The notes beneath the pieces were generated by a model. The model did not search any database. It saw only the letters and a list, made by a program, of their open reading frames with translations, and was not told the DNA's origin. From assembly GCA_958414825.1 (NCBI GenBank), contig CATYXQ010000002.1:7492-71491 (forward strand): a stretch of 64,000 nt of DNA. Reading direction: 5' to 3'. The position numbers and the translations under genes are program-made. Shown piece after piece: positions 63,454 to 64,000 of this stretch. This DNA comes from an uncultured Eubacteriales bacterium. GTDB taxonomy: Bacteria; Bacillota; Clostridia; Oscillospirales; CAG-272. The number at the start of each line of letters is the position of its first letter. Position 1 is the first letter of the stretch.

Positions 63454-64000
63454 TCAATTCTCCTTTTCAATTATGCTGAAATCGCCGTCGAGTTCGCGCT
63501 CGATTCGGTCAATGGTTGTCAGCCGGAACGCGGCCGGCCAGGTGACGAACATGTCGTTTAGGTGTCCGCGCTCCTCGCAGCTTCTGCGGTAGCGCGTCCA
63601 GCGCGCCTGGAAGAACGCTTCGCTCTGCAGACCGGCAGGGCGCTTGTGTCCGTGCAGTGTTCTGCCGCCTGCGGGGGTAATGCACAGCATACAGTTGCAC
63701 CAGAGGGCGCGCGCGCGGTCGTTCCAGCGCTTGTCGCCCGTAAAGCGGGCAAGGCGCATGTAATCGGGAATGACAATAGCGCCCCACGGGTCGATGGCCG
63801 GGTGCTGGGTGGAGACCGCCGTGCCGCCGCTTGTATAGTAGCCGAGGCGCTCAAAATCGCTGTCCGCGTCGTACAGCGCGTCGTAGTAGAATGTCCAAGA
63901 ATGGAAGTAATACGCGGCCTTTTCGGCAATTTCAAGATAGCGCGCACTGCCGCGGATCTCGTACAGATCGAGCGCCGAAACGATGAACGGATAGGCCGTT
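63454..64000 (-). CDS. Partial CDS (5' end outside the window), possibly a six-hairpin (alpha/alpha)6 glycosidase-like protein
   Basis: My hand translation of the frame of tracked ORF 63454-63759 stays open to the window edge (...YPFIVSALDLYEIRGSARYLEIAEKAAYYFHSWTFYYDALYDADSDFERLGYYTSGGTAVSTQHPAIDPWGAIVIPDYMRLARFTGDKRW...). The functional call is tentative. Confidence 0.55.
   Translation of the reverse strand, partial: TAYPFIVSALDLYEIRGSARYLEIAEKAAYYFHSWTFYYDALYDADSDFERLGYYTSGGTAVSTQHPAIDPWGAIVIPDYMRLARFTGDKRWNDRARALWCNCMLCITPAGGRTLHGHKRPAGLQSEAFFQARWTRYRRSCEERGHLNDMFVTWPAAFRLTTIDRIERELDGDFSIIEKEN

Noticed and set aside
1-64000. Looked for tRNA/rRNA signatures (GTTCGAATC-type T-arms), CRISPR-like spaced repeats, transposase or integrase genes and terminal inverted repeats around the two AT-rich islets.
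   Set aside because: I recognised none by eye. The islets are bounded only by ordinary terminators. A proper tRNAscan, CRISPR or IS search is still advisable.

Overview
GC-rich chromosomal segment whose gene content suggests an anaerobic Firmicute of the Clostridia type (inference from SLH-anchored surface proteins, PFOR, Rex, DnaD/DnaI-type primosome genes, FeoAB and a THF riboswitch upstream of folT). I can support about 50 CDSs.

Backbone, in order:
- two sugar ABC permeases plus a YesL-like protein
- rplJ-rplL with their own promoter and an L10-leader attenuator
- a GldA/F/G-like ABC system plus a DUF4340-like protein
- feoA-feoB plus an untracked 56-aa Cys-rich protein, with a divergent DtxR-family repressor and three GTTAG-N6-CTAAC boxes
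- three very large secreted or cell-surface proteins: a 1091-aa SLH protein, a 457-aa beta-helix protein, and a 1777-aa GLUG-repeat protein with an internal 2 x 1341-nt tandem duplication
- a class-III aminotransferase, a frameshifted AraC regulator, and PFOR
- a tightly packed operon of a DUF5685-like protein, a J-domain protein with a C-terminal cysteine string, and a membrane protein
- a housekeeping block: nrnA, rbfA, dCMP deaminase, LMW phosphatase, rimI, tsaD, rex, dnaD-like, dnaI-like, nadE
- THF riboswitch-folT-folC
- a BCR/HAD-family gene pair with the architecture of plasmalogen synthase PlsA/PlsR
- a minus-strand glycan operon: partial hydrolase, solute-binding lipoprotein, and a beta-helix/GH43/SLH enzyme

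Two short, visibly AT-rich islets without mobility genes interrupt this backbone:
- about 2746-4985: an HTH-fused m5C methyltransferase plus a PD-(D/E)xK-type endonuclease
- about 12101-14718: an EcoRI-methylase-family adenine MTase, a relic 5' stub of a second MTase, and a DUF262-HNH nuclease. This is my best candidate for a non-canonical defence arrangement.

I found no rRNA, tRNA, CRISPR array, transposase or integrase. Many long antisense ORFs in the track are GC-driven shadow ORFs. All family assignments come from motif recognition by eye; no database search was run.
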